Assembly: GCF_001194135.2 (NCBI RefSeq)
Contig: NC_068986.1
Coordinates: forward strand, 69,101,014 to 69,138,473
Source of the DNA: Octopus bimaculoides
Taxonomy: Eukaryota
Reading direction: 5' to 3'
DNA: 37,460 bases
Positions 1-11,090 of this stretch are shown one piece after another. Each line of letters opens with the position of its first letter. Position 1 is the first letter of the stretch. The translations under genes were made by a program, and so were the position numbers. The notes below the pieces were generated by a model. That model was given only the letters and a program-made list of their open reading frames with translations. It made no database searches and was not told the origin of the DNA.

Positions 1-241
<241 letters not shown>

Positions 242-541
242 CTGTAAGCAGTGTTATTCTGTTGTTATAGCTGTTTGCAGTTTATAATCCTCTTTCAATC
301 AATGTTTTGTTGTTGATTTTCAGGGGTTTTTTCCGACAACTGTTGTTGTTGTAATTGTTGTTTTTGTTGCTTTATTCCTATTTTTGTTGTTGTTTTGCAT
401 ATGTGGTTGATATCATAAAACGTTTTGCTTTTTGTCTTTTTTTTAACACAATTTTGTTGCTATTGCTTTGTAAATTTTATATCGGTAGTTTTTTTTCATT
501 TGTAGTTTTTTCTATATGTATATATGTGTGTGTGTGTGTGT

Positions 542-586
<45 letters not shown>

Positions 587-674
587 CATTATTTAGCTGT
601 TAATGATCTCATTGATAATAATAACCTGTTAGGTGTTTTTTTAAAGCCACATGCGTAGGAAAAAATAACAAGTA

Positions 675-675
<1 letters not shown>

Positions 676-729
<54 letters not shown>
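676..729. repeat. (AAT)n microsatellite
   Basis: Perfect array seen directly. Confidence 0.95.
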
Positions 730-983
730 GTAAAGTCTCAGTAAATTGTGACTTGTAATACGTTTTCCAAATTGAATTGAAGTTATTTCGGTTTAGTATA
801 AACGGTTAATGCCCTTGGAAGAGACTTTGAGTTTTCTGTCCGCCATTTTTCGCTCTTTTATCAAACATAAGACTGTGTGTGTTTGATCGTTTTGAAAGGT
901 ATTCTTTTTTCCCCATATTAATAGATTTTTTAGAAAATTAGTATTTGTAAATCTCACAACGTGAGATATTCGGCAACAGTACT

Positions 984-1149
984 TTGTAGTAAAGATTGTT
1001 TGCCAACATAACATAGCAGTCCTGGTTTAGGACTAATGTTGCTGTAATTTAGCCCCAGCTGGAGACGATGTCTCCTGGGGATAAATTACGGCAACATTAG
1101 TCCTAAACCAGGACCGTCATGTTATGTTGGCAAACAATCTTTACTACAA
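984..1149. mobile_element. Fold-back MITE-like element: two ~82-bp inverted arms and a 3-nt loop
   Basis: ttgtagtaaagattgtttgccaacataacat...ggagac-gat-gtctcc...atgttatgttggcaaacaatctttactacaa. The arms are complementary apart from a few mismatches and a 3-nt bulge. No clear TSD. Confidence 0.8.
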
Positions 1150-1355
1150 TAGATTGTTATGTTTAAAGTTAGGGAATAATTTGGTGAGTGTCTGCAGTTG
1201 TCAAGAGAGAGATAGGTCGTGAGTACGTGGTTGGGGATTCTGTATGCAGACGAGACAGAAAACAGAGGAGAAATAAAGGAATGGCGGAGAGAAAAAGAAG
1301 AGGACGAGAATCGATATTAGTGACATGAAAGACGTAATCATAACTTTAAGATTAG

Positions 1356-1415
1356 AGATAGATAGACAGACAGACAGTCAGACAAACAGACAAATAGATA
1401 GATAGATAGATAGAC

Positions 1416-1477
<62 letters not shown>
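1356..1477. repeat. (GATA)n/(GACA)n microsatellite
   Basis: Seen directly. Confidence 0.95.
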
Positions 1478-1939
1478 CTAGATCATCTTTGAGCCAGTGG
1501 AAAATTCACCTTAGAGGCTATGATTGACGACAATACTTGCCTAAGGTGCCACATTCAGTGCGATATCGTAAATTATATAAATAGCTATAATACACACTGA
1601 TATCATTCGATCGACCTGAAACTAATTAGTTCTGTGCTTAATTACAAATAATTAATTTAAATGAGAAAACATTGAGACCATGATCTGGTATCCGAGTGAA
1701 TATGCTCTTATTTAGCTTTAAATCAACCTTAATCAAGTAAGTAAGTTTATGATTAAAGAATTTCCAATCGTGCCCCTCCGTATCATTCCTGTATATCAGG
1801 CGTGGTTATGTGGTTAGAAGTATATATATATATATATATATATATTATTTATATTATTATTTGATTGAACGCCACGCATCCATTTCCAAGTAAGTTTTAT
1901 TTTAATATATTTGATGCGACTCTTTCCTTTACTGTTCCC

Positions 1940-2535
1940 CCCTCTCTCTCTCTCTCTCCCCTTTTGTTTTCTCTCTCATCCTTTCTCTTATTCGTTTTTC
2001 TCCCCTTCCTCATTTTCTTTCTGTCTGTCTCTCTCTCTCTCTCTCCCTCTTCCTCCTTTACTCTCTCTCGTAGCTCACAGGTGACCATCGTCTATCTTTC
2101 TTTTCCTCATGTGATCATCTTTCTTTTCTTTCAATTTGTTGTGCAGTCCAGACGCATTCTTATCTGTCTCCTCTCCTTTCTTTTCTCTTATCAAAGGATC
2201 TTCTTCCAGCGTTCGCTACCTTACATATCTGAGTCTAACGGCCCTCCCTTTTTATATTCGTTTCGTTTCGTTTGTTGCATGTCCTGTGTATATATGCATA
2301 TATATATATATACATATATATGTATATATATTATTTATATATATTTATATATTTATATATTTATATATATTTATATAGGTGTATATATAGAGAGAGAGAG
2401 GGGGAGAAGGGGAGAAGGGGAGAGAGAGGGGGAGAAGGGGAGAGAGNNNNNNNNNNATATATAGAGAGAGAGAGGGGGAGAAGGGGAGAGAGGGGGAGAG
2501 AGAGGGGAGAGAGAGAGAGAGAGAGAAAGAGAGTT
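1940..2535. repeat. Compound low-complexity tract: (CT)-rich, (TA)n, (GA)/GGGGAGA
   Basis: Seen directly; includes a 10-N gap. Confidence 0.9.
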
Positions 2536-2540
2536 TTTCT

Positions 2541-2745
2541 TGTGTCTGTGTTTGTTCCCTACCAGCATTTAACAACTGGTTTTGGTTTGTTTACATCCCA
2601 GTAAGCTAGCCGTTCGGCAAACGAAAACCGATAGAATAAGTGTCTCGTTTGAAAAGAAAAAAGTTCTGGCGTCTATCCGTTCAACTGAAATTCTTCAAGA
2701 CTGTGCTGCAGAATGGCCGCAATCAAATGACCGGAACAACTAAAA
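2541..2745 (+). mobile_element. SINE family A, 3' tail segment (degenerate)
   Basis: Similar to the tail of the complete copy at 16684-17132 (tgtttgt..cc.acca..., gttcggcaaa..accgatagaataag, gctgcagaatggccgcaatcaaatgac). Confidence 0.8.
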
Positions 2746-2756
2746 AAAAACAACAT

Positions 2757-2890
2757 TATTTACATTATTTACATTTGACGGATATTTTTCCTCATCTTGT
2801 TTGTTGTTAACACAACATTTCGGCTGATATACCCTCCAGCCTTCACCAGGTGTCTTGGGGAAATTTCGAACCTGTGTTCTTATTCCTAAG
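2757..2890 (-). mobile_element. Penelope-like-element-derived fragment carrying a mutated minimal hammerhead
   Basis: Contains the hammerhead at 2809-2854 and ends on the minus strand in short tandem repeats (tgtaaataa)x2. The PLE assignment is inferred from the hammerhead type. Confidence 0.65.
2809..2854 (-). ncRNA. Type-I hammerhead ribozyme motif, probably inactivated
   Basis: The minus strand reads GACAC CUGGUGA A GGCUG gaggguauau CAGCC GAAAU GUU GUGUU. Stem I (5 bp) and stem II (5 bp) are intact. The core has CUGAUGA->CUGGUGA, and stem III has ACGU->AUGU. Confidence 0.75.
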
Positions 2891-2908
2891 GTATATAAGT
2901 ATATATAT

Positions 2909-3070
2909 GACGGGTTTCTTTCAATTTCCGTCTACCAAATCCAATCACAAGGCTTTGGTTGGCTTGAAGCTATAGTAGAAGACACTTGCACAAGGTGCCA
3001 CGCAGTGGGACTGAACCCGGAAACAAGTGGTTGGTAAGCAAGCTACTTATTACACAGTCACTCCAGCGCC
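2909..3070 (-). mobile_element. SINE family A, tRNA-derived head plus CORE-like segment
   Basis: The reverse complement gives ggcgctggagtgactgtgtaataag...gggttcagtcccactgcgtggcaccttgtgcaagtgtcttctactatag. It has A/B-box-like motifs and matches about 12 other copies in the window. Confidence 0.92.
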
Positions 3071-3896
3071 TTTGACATTTGTATATTTTATGCATGTATT
3101 CTCATGCATATAGTTACATATATCTAGACATGCTCATATATATTTAATTGATAAACTTCTGGAAAGTTTTACAGATTTTCACAGTTGTATGTATGTATAT
3201 ATGTATGTGTGTATGTATGTATGTCTGTATGCATGTATGTATTTGTGTGTGCATATGTGTGTGTGTGTGTATGTACAGATATATAAAAATATACACGTAT
3301 AGATGCATATAATGTAAGAATGTACGTATGCTTACATACATACCTATACACATGATGCATATATAGGAATGCACGTACATATTAATGTATCTATGTAGAT
3401 ATGCATGTATGTTGTACGTATGTTTCTCTCAATCTCTCTATCTTTCTGACTGTCAATCTCTCTATTTGTCTATCTATTATCTCTGCCTATTTCTATCAAT
3501 GAGTGCGCGTGCAGTATTCCTCTTGAAATTAGCTTCAGTTAAGTATTAATCCTCTTCTTTTCCATGGAACACCATTCTACTTCACTACAACACGTTGTGA
3601 GAACTAAATTAATTCTAAGCTAGATTTCAACCCAAAGCTAAGAAAACCAGATAGCATATACATATCACAATGTAATTTAAATTACTCTTTACATACACGT
3701 ATACACGTTTCTAATTTTATACATTTAAATAGATCTTATCTCAGTCTCATCTCGAGGATAATTAAATGAGCTTTCATCACATGTTACCTAAGCATCTTTG
3801 AACCACTACAAGTGAGGTGCTCCCAGCTTTTATTACGGTGAGAAATGCAAACACTAATCCACGCATTCTAGAAATAGTGTATCGATTTACTTTTTA

Positions 3897-4515
3897 TCTC
3901 TTACCTGTTTCAGTCATTGGACTGTGGCCAAGCTGGGGCACCGCCTCGAAAAGTTTTAGTTGAATAGATCGATGTCAGTAGGTATTTGGGTTTTTTTGTT
4001 TCGTTCTGGGACTTATTTTATCGGTCTCTTTTGCCAAAACGTTATCAATACAAGGGCGTCAACAACCTAACACCAGTCGCCAAGCTGTGACATATACAAG
4101 CACAAACGCACACACATACACACACTCATATATGAGAGGCTTCTTCATAGTTTCCTATTTCTTTACTGCCCAAAAGGGGCTACACACAGAGGGGACAAAC
4201 AAAGACATACAAACGGGTTAAGTCGATTATATGGACTCCAGTACGTAACTGGTACTTATTTAATCGACCCCGAAAGGATGAAAGCCAAAGTCCACCTCGG
4301 CGGAATTTGAACTCAGAACGTAACGGCAGATGAAATAACGTTAAGTATTTCGCTCGGCGTGCTAAAGTTTCTGCCAGCTCGCCGCTTCCTCATAGTTTCC
4401 GTCTACCAAAATTCACTCACTAAACATTGTTCGACCCGGGGCTACAGTAGAATTCACTTACCCAAAGGAACACGCAATGGAATCGTAACCGAAACCACGT
4501 GGTGGCAAAGCAAAC
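3897..4515 (-). mobile_element. SINE family A (tail, microsatellite, head) interrupted by a family B SINE
   Basis: Tail 3897-4107; the head is split at cttc(t/c)tcatagtttcc and resumes at 4390-4515. Confidence 0.8.
4156..4386 (-). mobile_element. SINE family B (tRNA head plus central domain), nested in SINE A with a 17-bp TSD
   Basis: Contains atcgaccccgaaaggatgaaag..aaagtc.acctcggcggaatttgaactcagaacg. TSD gcttcttcatagtttcc (4139-4155) / gcttcctcatagtttcc (4384-4400). Confidence 0.9.
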
Positions 4516-5433
4516 TAGAAAGCATTGCCTTGAATTTATTGCCTTACTCATTACCAGAGGTGCACATACAATGAATCTTCCCAACCTTACGACAACAGCA
4601 TACCTGACGATGAAAGGCGTTCAGGTCATTAACAACATGATGCATATTTACGTTGCCATGAAGGTATCAGCAGTAACAGTAACATAGATAACCAGAGGAG
4701 TCTGTCTTGGGCTAACAACCATTGTATATTAGAAGGATTATGATTTTACTTTTCAAAAACAGGAAATAAAGAAGGATTTTGGTTTAGAAGAGAGACAGAG
4801 AAGCGGACAAACCTCCTGAACGTCACAACGGTGAAGAACTCTGCAGAACTAAGACTGAAGACGTCATTCTCATCATAAGCAGATCGACCATTCTTGCATG
4901 ACATACGTGAGAGTCAGAGACACTCAAAATCATTCAAAATCATTCAAAAGCCAACGGAATGTGCACCTCCATGATTCTATGACCCTAGTTGGTCATAGAA
5001 TGGATTTAATAGTTCAGTTTAGTAACTTTTTTGTTACATATATACATACATAAGACCTAGTTACCTACCAACCTACATGCATACATGCATAAAAACAGAC
5101 AAACAGACAGCCGATACTCATTTAATTGTTTATGTTCCAATAAAAGGGCTTTGTTTCCAGGCTAGAAGCCTGCTCTTTATCCATTGGTGAGAAATTCGAA
5201 AAAGAAAGTTAACACAATCTGCAAACTTACACCGTTTTCCGATTCAAAAGCAGTAGATAGCTACGGAATACCTGTTGAACAAAGGAGATAGGGAAGCACC
5301 TATATCCCCCAAGGGGCGTAAGAGAATGTCGATTACGCTACGCATGCGTGGAAGATGTCATTATTAGTTGGAAGAATATATTGAAATGTCATTAAGATGC
5401 TAACTTCCGAAGCAGAATGCTGTTCCTAAGATA

Positions 5434-5467
<34 letters not shown>

Positions 5468-6337
5468 NNNNNNNNNNNNNNNNNNNNNNNNNNNNNNNNN
5501 NNNNNNNNNNNNNNNNNNNNNNNNNNNNNNNNNNNNNNNNNNNNNNNNNNNNNNNNNNNNNNNNNNNNNNNNNNNNNNNNNNNNNNNNNNNNNNNNNNNN
5601 NNNNNNNNNNNNNNNNNNNNNNNNNNNNNNNNNNNNNNNNNNNNNNNNNNNNNNNNNNNNNNNNNNNNNNNNNNNNNNNNNNNNNNNNNNNNNNNNNNNN
5701 NNNNNNNNNNNNNNNNNNNNNNNNNNNNNNNNNNNNNNNNNNNNNNNNNNNNNNNNNNNNNNNNNNNNNNNNNNNNNNNNNNNNNNNNNNNNNNNNNNNN
5801 NNNNNNNNNNNNNNNNNNNNNNNNNNNNNNNNNNNNNNNNNNNNNNNNNNNNNNNNNNNNNNNNNNNNNNNNNNNNNNNNNNNNNNNNNNNNNNNNNNNN
5901 NNNNNNNNNNNNNNNNNNNNNNNNNNNNNNNNNNNNNNNNNNNNNNNNNNNNNNNNNNNNNNNNNNNNNNNNNNNNNNNNNNNNNNNNNNNNNNNNNNNN
6001 NNNNNNNNNNNNNNNNNNNNNNNNNNNNNNNNNNNNNNNNNNNNNNNNNNNNNNNNNNNNNNNNNNNNNNNNNNNNNNNNNNNNNNNNNNNNNNNNNNNT
6101 ATATATATGTATGTATGTTTGTGTGTATGTATGCATGTATGTATGTATGTATGTATGTATGTATGTATGTATGTATGTATGTATGTAGACGTTGCTATCA
6201 GTAGGAAAAACAGCCCTGGGAGAAACATAGGAACCGTTTTGGATGTTGAGTACACAAATACGTTTTAACAGAAGGAAAATTACTATAGCATTCCCATCGA
6301 AAACTTTTCCGCCAAATGCAAAAATACCAGATCTGCT

Positions 6338-6497
6338 ATAGCTATTTGGGAGAGAAAATGAATATTAATGAATACTTGTATACGTCAGCTGCTCTAAAGA
6401 TAAAGACCGTAGATATTCCTGTTGCCTGAGATAGTTATTTGCGAGTGAAAATGAATATTAATGGACTGTTAGAGACGTCGTCAGCTGTTCTGAAGAT
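6338..6497. repeat. Degenerate direct repeat, two copies, period about 93 bp
   Basis: atag(c/t)tatttg(g/c)gag(a/t)gaaaatgaatattaatg...cgtcagctg(c/t)tct(a/g)aagat starts at 6338 and 6431. Confidence 0.8.
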
Positions 6498-7011
6498 TTT
6501 GACAACTGATGTGAAAGAAAATATTTATAGACAACTGCTTCGAAATGTAGCTTCTCTAACCAGACGATAAATTTCCCGATTTAGTCTTTGGTGCATTTCG
6601 TTATGTTACCAAGTAGTTATACCGAACAGCAAGAAGTTTTCAGAAAGGAAAAGAAGCCAGTAGAAATATCATTTGAAAATTCATACTATTAGTGTAGGAG
6701 ATGAGTGCGAGCAAGATTTCGAAAATTCAAATTGTTTTTTCTACCGTACAGTTGTTGCCCGATAAATTGCTGCGATGGGTTTTTGTTGTTTGTTTCTTTG
6801 TTTTTTGCTTTGGTTTTTTTTTTTTCTGGGAGGAGATTGTTTTGTTTTTTTTTTTAATTTTGGACACCAATGAAACAACTTCGTTATATTCAAAACATAA
6901 ATTCCAAATTCAAATCTTCATAAATTCCAAATCTTGAAAATGTCAATAAACACAGGTACCGCTCCTAGTAAACAAAATTTATATATGGACACACAAATTA
7001 CAGTTTTTTAC

Positions 7012-7082
7012 TCGTGGACCCCCTTAAAGCTTCTGTGGACCCTTCAGGGGGTCCATGTAGACCCCGGTTGGGAAACCGTTGA
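7012..7082. mobile_element. Possible right end of a hAT-type MITE
   Basis: Sub-terminal tggaccc repeats and the end ggggtccatgtagaccccggttgggaaaccgttg resemble the end of the hAT MITE at 28615-28840 (ggatccccaaggttgagaaccactg). No left end found. Confidence 0.45.
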
Positions 7083-7322
7083 CTGGACATACCAACCAAC
7101 CAGCCAACCAACCAACCAACCAACCTAAGTTTGAGTGTGCTTGATCTCAGATCAAACAAACGCACGCCGTTCATTTATCGGTCTTTCCATAGACCTTCAA
7201 AGGCATAGTGTGCCCTGGTGGTCAGTTATTGTAAGGGAGGTAATCTTTTCTAGATCAAATATCAGATTATAAGCTGGATTATAAGACTGAAGTTTAAATC
7301 GGAGAGCACAGAAAAAGGTGCG

Positions 7323-7390
<68 letters not shown>

Positions 7391-8020
7391 GTTACGGAGA
7401 TGTACTTGCATAGCAAGTGACCTGATCTGAGATCGTGTGCTGGAACGAAAACAATTGCAGCGTGGAAAGTGTTTATAAGCCATTTGAGAAACACAAATAA
7501 ACTGTTAGATTCACTTNNNNNNNNNNNNNNNNNNNNNNNNNNNNNNNNNNNNNNNNNNNNNNNNNNNNNNNNNNNNNNNNNNNNNNNNNNNNNNNNNNNN
7601 NNNNNNNNNNNNNNNNNNNNNNNNNNNNNNNNNNNNNNNNNNNNNNNNNNNNNNNNNNNNNNNNNNNNNNNNNNNNNNNNNNNNNNNNNNNNNNNNNNNN
7701 NNNNNNNNNNNNNNNNNNNNNNNNNNNNNNNNNNNNNNNNNNNNNNNNNNNNNNNNNNNNNNNNNNNNNNNNNNNNNNNNNNNNNNNNNNNNNNNNNNNN
7801 NNNNNNNNNNNNNNNNNNNNNNNNNNNNNNNNNNNNNNNNNNNNNNNNNNNNNNNNNNNNNNNNNNNNNNNNNNNNNNNNNNNNNNNNNNNNNNNNNNNN
7901 NNNNNNNNNNNNNNNNNNNNNNNNNNNNNNNNNNNNNNNNNNNNNNNNNNNNNNNNNNNNNNNNNNNTATATATATATATATATGTTATATTGTACTGTA
8001 TTCGATTATATTACACTCAT

Positions 8021-8435
8021 TTTTACACGCTTAAGTCGTTTGACAGAAGCCATGCTGCAGCACAACCTTTAGTCGACGAAATTGACCCCAGGAATTATTC
8101 TCTGTAAGCCTAGTACTCATTCTATCAGTCTCTTTTTCCGAATCGCTAAGTATCGGGGAAATAAACGCACCAGCATCGGTTTCAAGCCATGGTGGTGGGG
8201 GGTGTTGTGGCAAACACACACACAAAGACACACACATAACAATATATACATATATATATATATATATATAGACGACGGGCTTCTTTCAGTTTCCGTCTAC
8301 CAAATCCACTCACAATGCTTTCGTCAGCCCGAGACTATAGTAGAAGACACTTGCCCAAGGTGCCATGCAGTGGGACTGAACCCTGAACCATGTGGTTCGT
8401 AATAAAGCGTCTTACCACACAACCACGCCTGTGCT
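8021..8435 (-). mobile_element. SINE family A, full length (head, internal microsatellite, tail)
   Basis: Head 8274-8435, internal (CA)/(TA) tract, tail 8021-8215; collinear with 15931-16338. Confidence 0.92.
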
Positions 8436-9219
8436 TATGTTATATATATTACACACATACACATATATATGTATATATGTATGCATGTATGTATGTATGC
8501 ATGTATGTATGTATGTATGTATGTATGTATGTATACATATATATTTATATATATGTATGTATATATATGTTTATATATATGTATGTATGTATATATTTAT
8601 ATATATATGTATGTATATATATANNNNNNNNNNNNNNNNNNNNNNNNNNNNNNNNNNNNNNNNNNNNNNNNNNNNNNNNNNNNNNNNNNNNNNNNNNNNN
8701 NNNNNNNNNNNNNNNNNNNNNNNNNNNNNNNNNNNNNNNNNNNNNNNNNNNNNNNNNNNNNNNNNNNNNNNNNNNNNNNNNNNNNNNNNNNNNNNNNNNN
8801 NNNNNNNNNNNNNNNNNNNNNNNNNNNNNNNNNNNNNNNNNNNNNNNNNNNNNNNNNNNNNNNNNNNNNNNNNNNNNNNNNNNNNNNNNNNNTATATATG
8901 AAACAACCAGAATGACGTAAACCCGTGCTATTGTGACGGTTAATATATTCACAGATATTCTGGAATACAATGGAGTAAGCCGGTTCTGATGAAATGACAC
9001 CAGTGTCCGTCTGCTAGTCTTTTTTTTTTGTTTTCCGCTACATCACTGTAATTATAGAAATGCTAACATACAAAAGAATTACAATGGAGCAATTTATACC
9101 TGGTTTCAAAAAAGATTACGAACACAAAATTGAAAAATATTACAAGTAAAAACCGATATCCAAAAATATATAAAACATTCTTTAAAATAATTAAACTATT
9201 GTATGACAAAATCCTATTA

Positions 9220-10399
9220 TTGGGTTGTCAGATAAATTCGTTCGTTTTTTCTTCCTTGCTTATTTTTTCTTCTTTTTTTCTTCAGTTATTTCAGTCTTCA
9301 TCTTTCATGAACATTTTTAATAAATCAGTCAATAATGTATTCTCCTTCATTGTTCGCGACATCTTGCCAATGCTTCACTGGCTTTTCAATGCCTTGATAA
9401 TAGAAATCATCGGTTCTTGACACGAAGAATTCATCGAACCACGTTTTGAGATCCAAGTCATTATTGAACGAAATATCTCGCAGACTTTTGGAAAGCGACT
9501 GGAAAATGTAATAATATGACGCCACGATAAGGCGGCGAGCTTGCACAAACGGTAACATGCCGGGCTAAATGCTTAGCGGTATTTCGTCTGTCTTTACGTT
9601 CGGAGTTCAAATTCCGCCGTGGTCGACTTTGCCTTTCATCCTTTCGGGGTCGATAAATTAAATACAAGTTGCTTACTGCGGTCGATCTAATCGACTCGCC
9701 CCAGCCCCCAAAATTTCTGGCCTTGTGCCTGGAGTAAAAAAGAATATGATGGCACGATATCAGAAGAATGCGGTAGTCATAGTAGAACTTCCCAAATGAG
9801 GCTTGAATAGAATTTTTTTGTCCAATTCATGATGTGGGAACTTAACTCGATAGTTAAGGTCCAAAACCTAGACACGGTGAAGTACGTTTCTTCACCGTGT
9901 CAAGTTTTGGGAGCCTAACTATCGCGTGAAGGTGACGAGTGGTGGTATTATAAGAGCATCGCATCCGCTGGACCAGTTCCCCAGCGGACAGGCGCAGATT
10001 CACGTGGATGAGCTTGTTTAATCGAACGTGATTGAATTGAACGATCGATCTGAACGCCTGTGAAGTGTGAAAATCCTTTCTGTGCATTTCTTTCAGTAAT
10101 AGTAACTTCTCTGTACACAGCATAAAAGAATCGAGGTGGCTCTGGCCAGATTGGAACCTCGATTGAAAGCCGAGTGTTACAGGTGTTACAAATGCAGAAA
10201 TTGTTTTCTAACTGATACTCCATTGCTATATGTCTGAAAAAGAAGTAAAATTTATTCTTATTTCAAAAACGATAAACAAAAGTTGTTGACGAAAAATTGT
10301 GCAGCCATAAGGGACATGAAACACGACGCTAAAACTAATTTTTCTTGTGAATTCAAATAACACTGGAAAGAAACAAACCATTTTTATTTGACAAGGTAA
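9220..10399 (-). mobile_element. Mariner (Tc1/mariner, DD34D) transposon fossil with an internal deletion and a nested SINE
   Basis: TA-flanked TIRs: ttgggttgtcagataaatt at 9220 and (rc) ttaccttgtcaaataaaaa at 10399. N-terminus MEYQLENN...FYAVYREVTITERNAQKGFSHF and RLNKLIHVNLRLSAGELVQRMRCSYNTTTRHLHAI (HTH regions). Then WEVLL*LPHSSDIVPSY (WEVLPHPPYSPDLAPSDY-like) and the C-terminus FQSLSKSLRDISF...WFDEFF...FYYQGIEKPVKHWQDVANNEGEYIID*. Confidence 0.9.
9530..9742 (+). mobile_element. SINE family B, full length, with a 17-bp TSD
   Basis: Head aggcggcgagcttgcacaaacgg (A-box-like) and ggagttcaaattcc (B-box). TSD aatatgacgccacgata (9513-9529) / aatatgatggcacgata (9743-9759), 15/17 identical. Confidence 0.93.
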
Positions 10400-10746
10400 T
10401 ATAATAACGATAATATTTATCGTGCAGATTGCTCAGCACACCAAGACACCAGCTCCAACATCAAAACATTTATTTCGTAAGTCCAGTTGTGATAGTTAAT
10501 GAGGCAACGGTAGCACATAAATGGCCATAGGGTAATGGTCGTTTTTGCAGCTGTGTCTCAATGGATGCTCATTCGTCGAAGCGACGAGAGTCCAGAAATT
10601 TATGTGTGTGTAGATCGACGCTTTCTATCCAGTGGTTTTTCTTCGACCTATTTTTTACATGCAGTTATTTCTAGCTTTATTTACTTCAAGTCCCATCGTT
10701 AAAATACGAATTATTTTATGTCTCTCGGAGTTTCGAAATTCATATT

Positions 10747-10788
<42 letters not shown>

Positions 10789-11004
10789 ACACACACGCGC
10801 GCGCGCGCGCGCACACAAATATACATGTACAGACGCACACATGTTTATATACACACATACACACACATACATATACATACATATGAAATTATATATATAG
10901 ATGTATAGAGTAATATATATATATATATATATAATAACCAAAAGCAGAAACCTGGTTTGTGGATATCCGTAATTGCATAATATTTTTTATTTGTGCTGTT
11001 AAAT

Positions 11005-11090
11005 GTTTTAATTCTGTCTGTTTTCCTCGCATACTGTTTTTCTCTGTTATATTGGTGCGCTACGGTGGATTATTTAAGACTTGGCTCTTA
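11005..11090 (+). repeat. Degenerate copy of the sequence forming the right arm and flank of the 20346-20532 fold-back
   Basis: ttcctcgcatactgttttctctgttatattggtgcgctacggtggattatttaagacttggct versus ttcctcgtatacagttattttctatgattttggtgcattatggcggttgaattgagaccttgct (about 20497-20560). Confidence 0.6.

Noticed and set aside
840-849. YY1-like AAAATGGCGG on the minus strand starting MADRKLKVSSKGINRLY*
   Set aside because: The ORF ends after 17 codons with no convincing splice donor, and a single 10-mer is weak evidence.
4570-4900. Weak transposase-like peptide (DFGLEERQRSGQT, resembling DxxRSGRP) and CUGACGA-U-GAAA / CUGAAGA motifs
   Set aside because: No further transposase motifs or TIRs. The hammerhead-like words lack stem II or GAAA, and CUGA is itself paired in the acctga/tcaggt hairpin.
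6488-6560. CUGAAGA ... GAAAU hammerhead candidate
   Set aside because: No stem II closure, no stem III/UH, no stem I.
7143-7435. 12-bp inverted pair gatctcagatca / tgatctgagatc
   Set aside because: The arms do not extend and there is no TSD or other element hallmark.
8980-9012. CUGAUGA followed by a gacac/gtgtc stem
   Set aside because: No GAAA follows; at most a truncated remnant.
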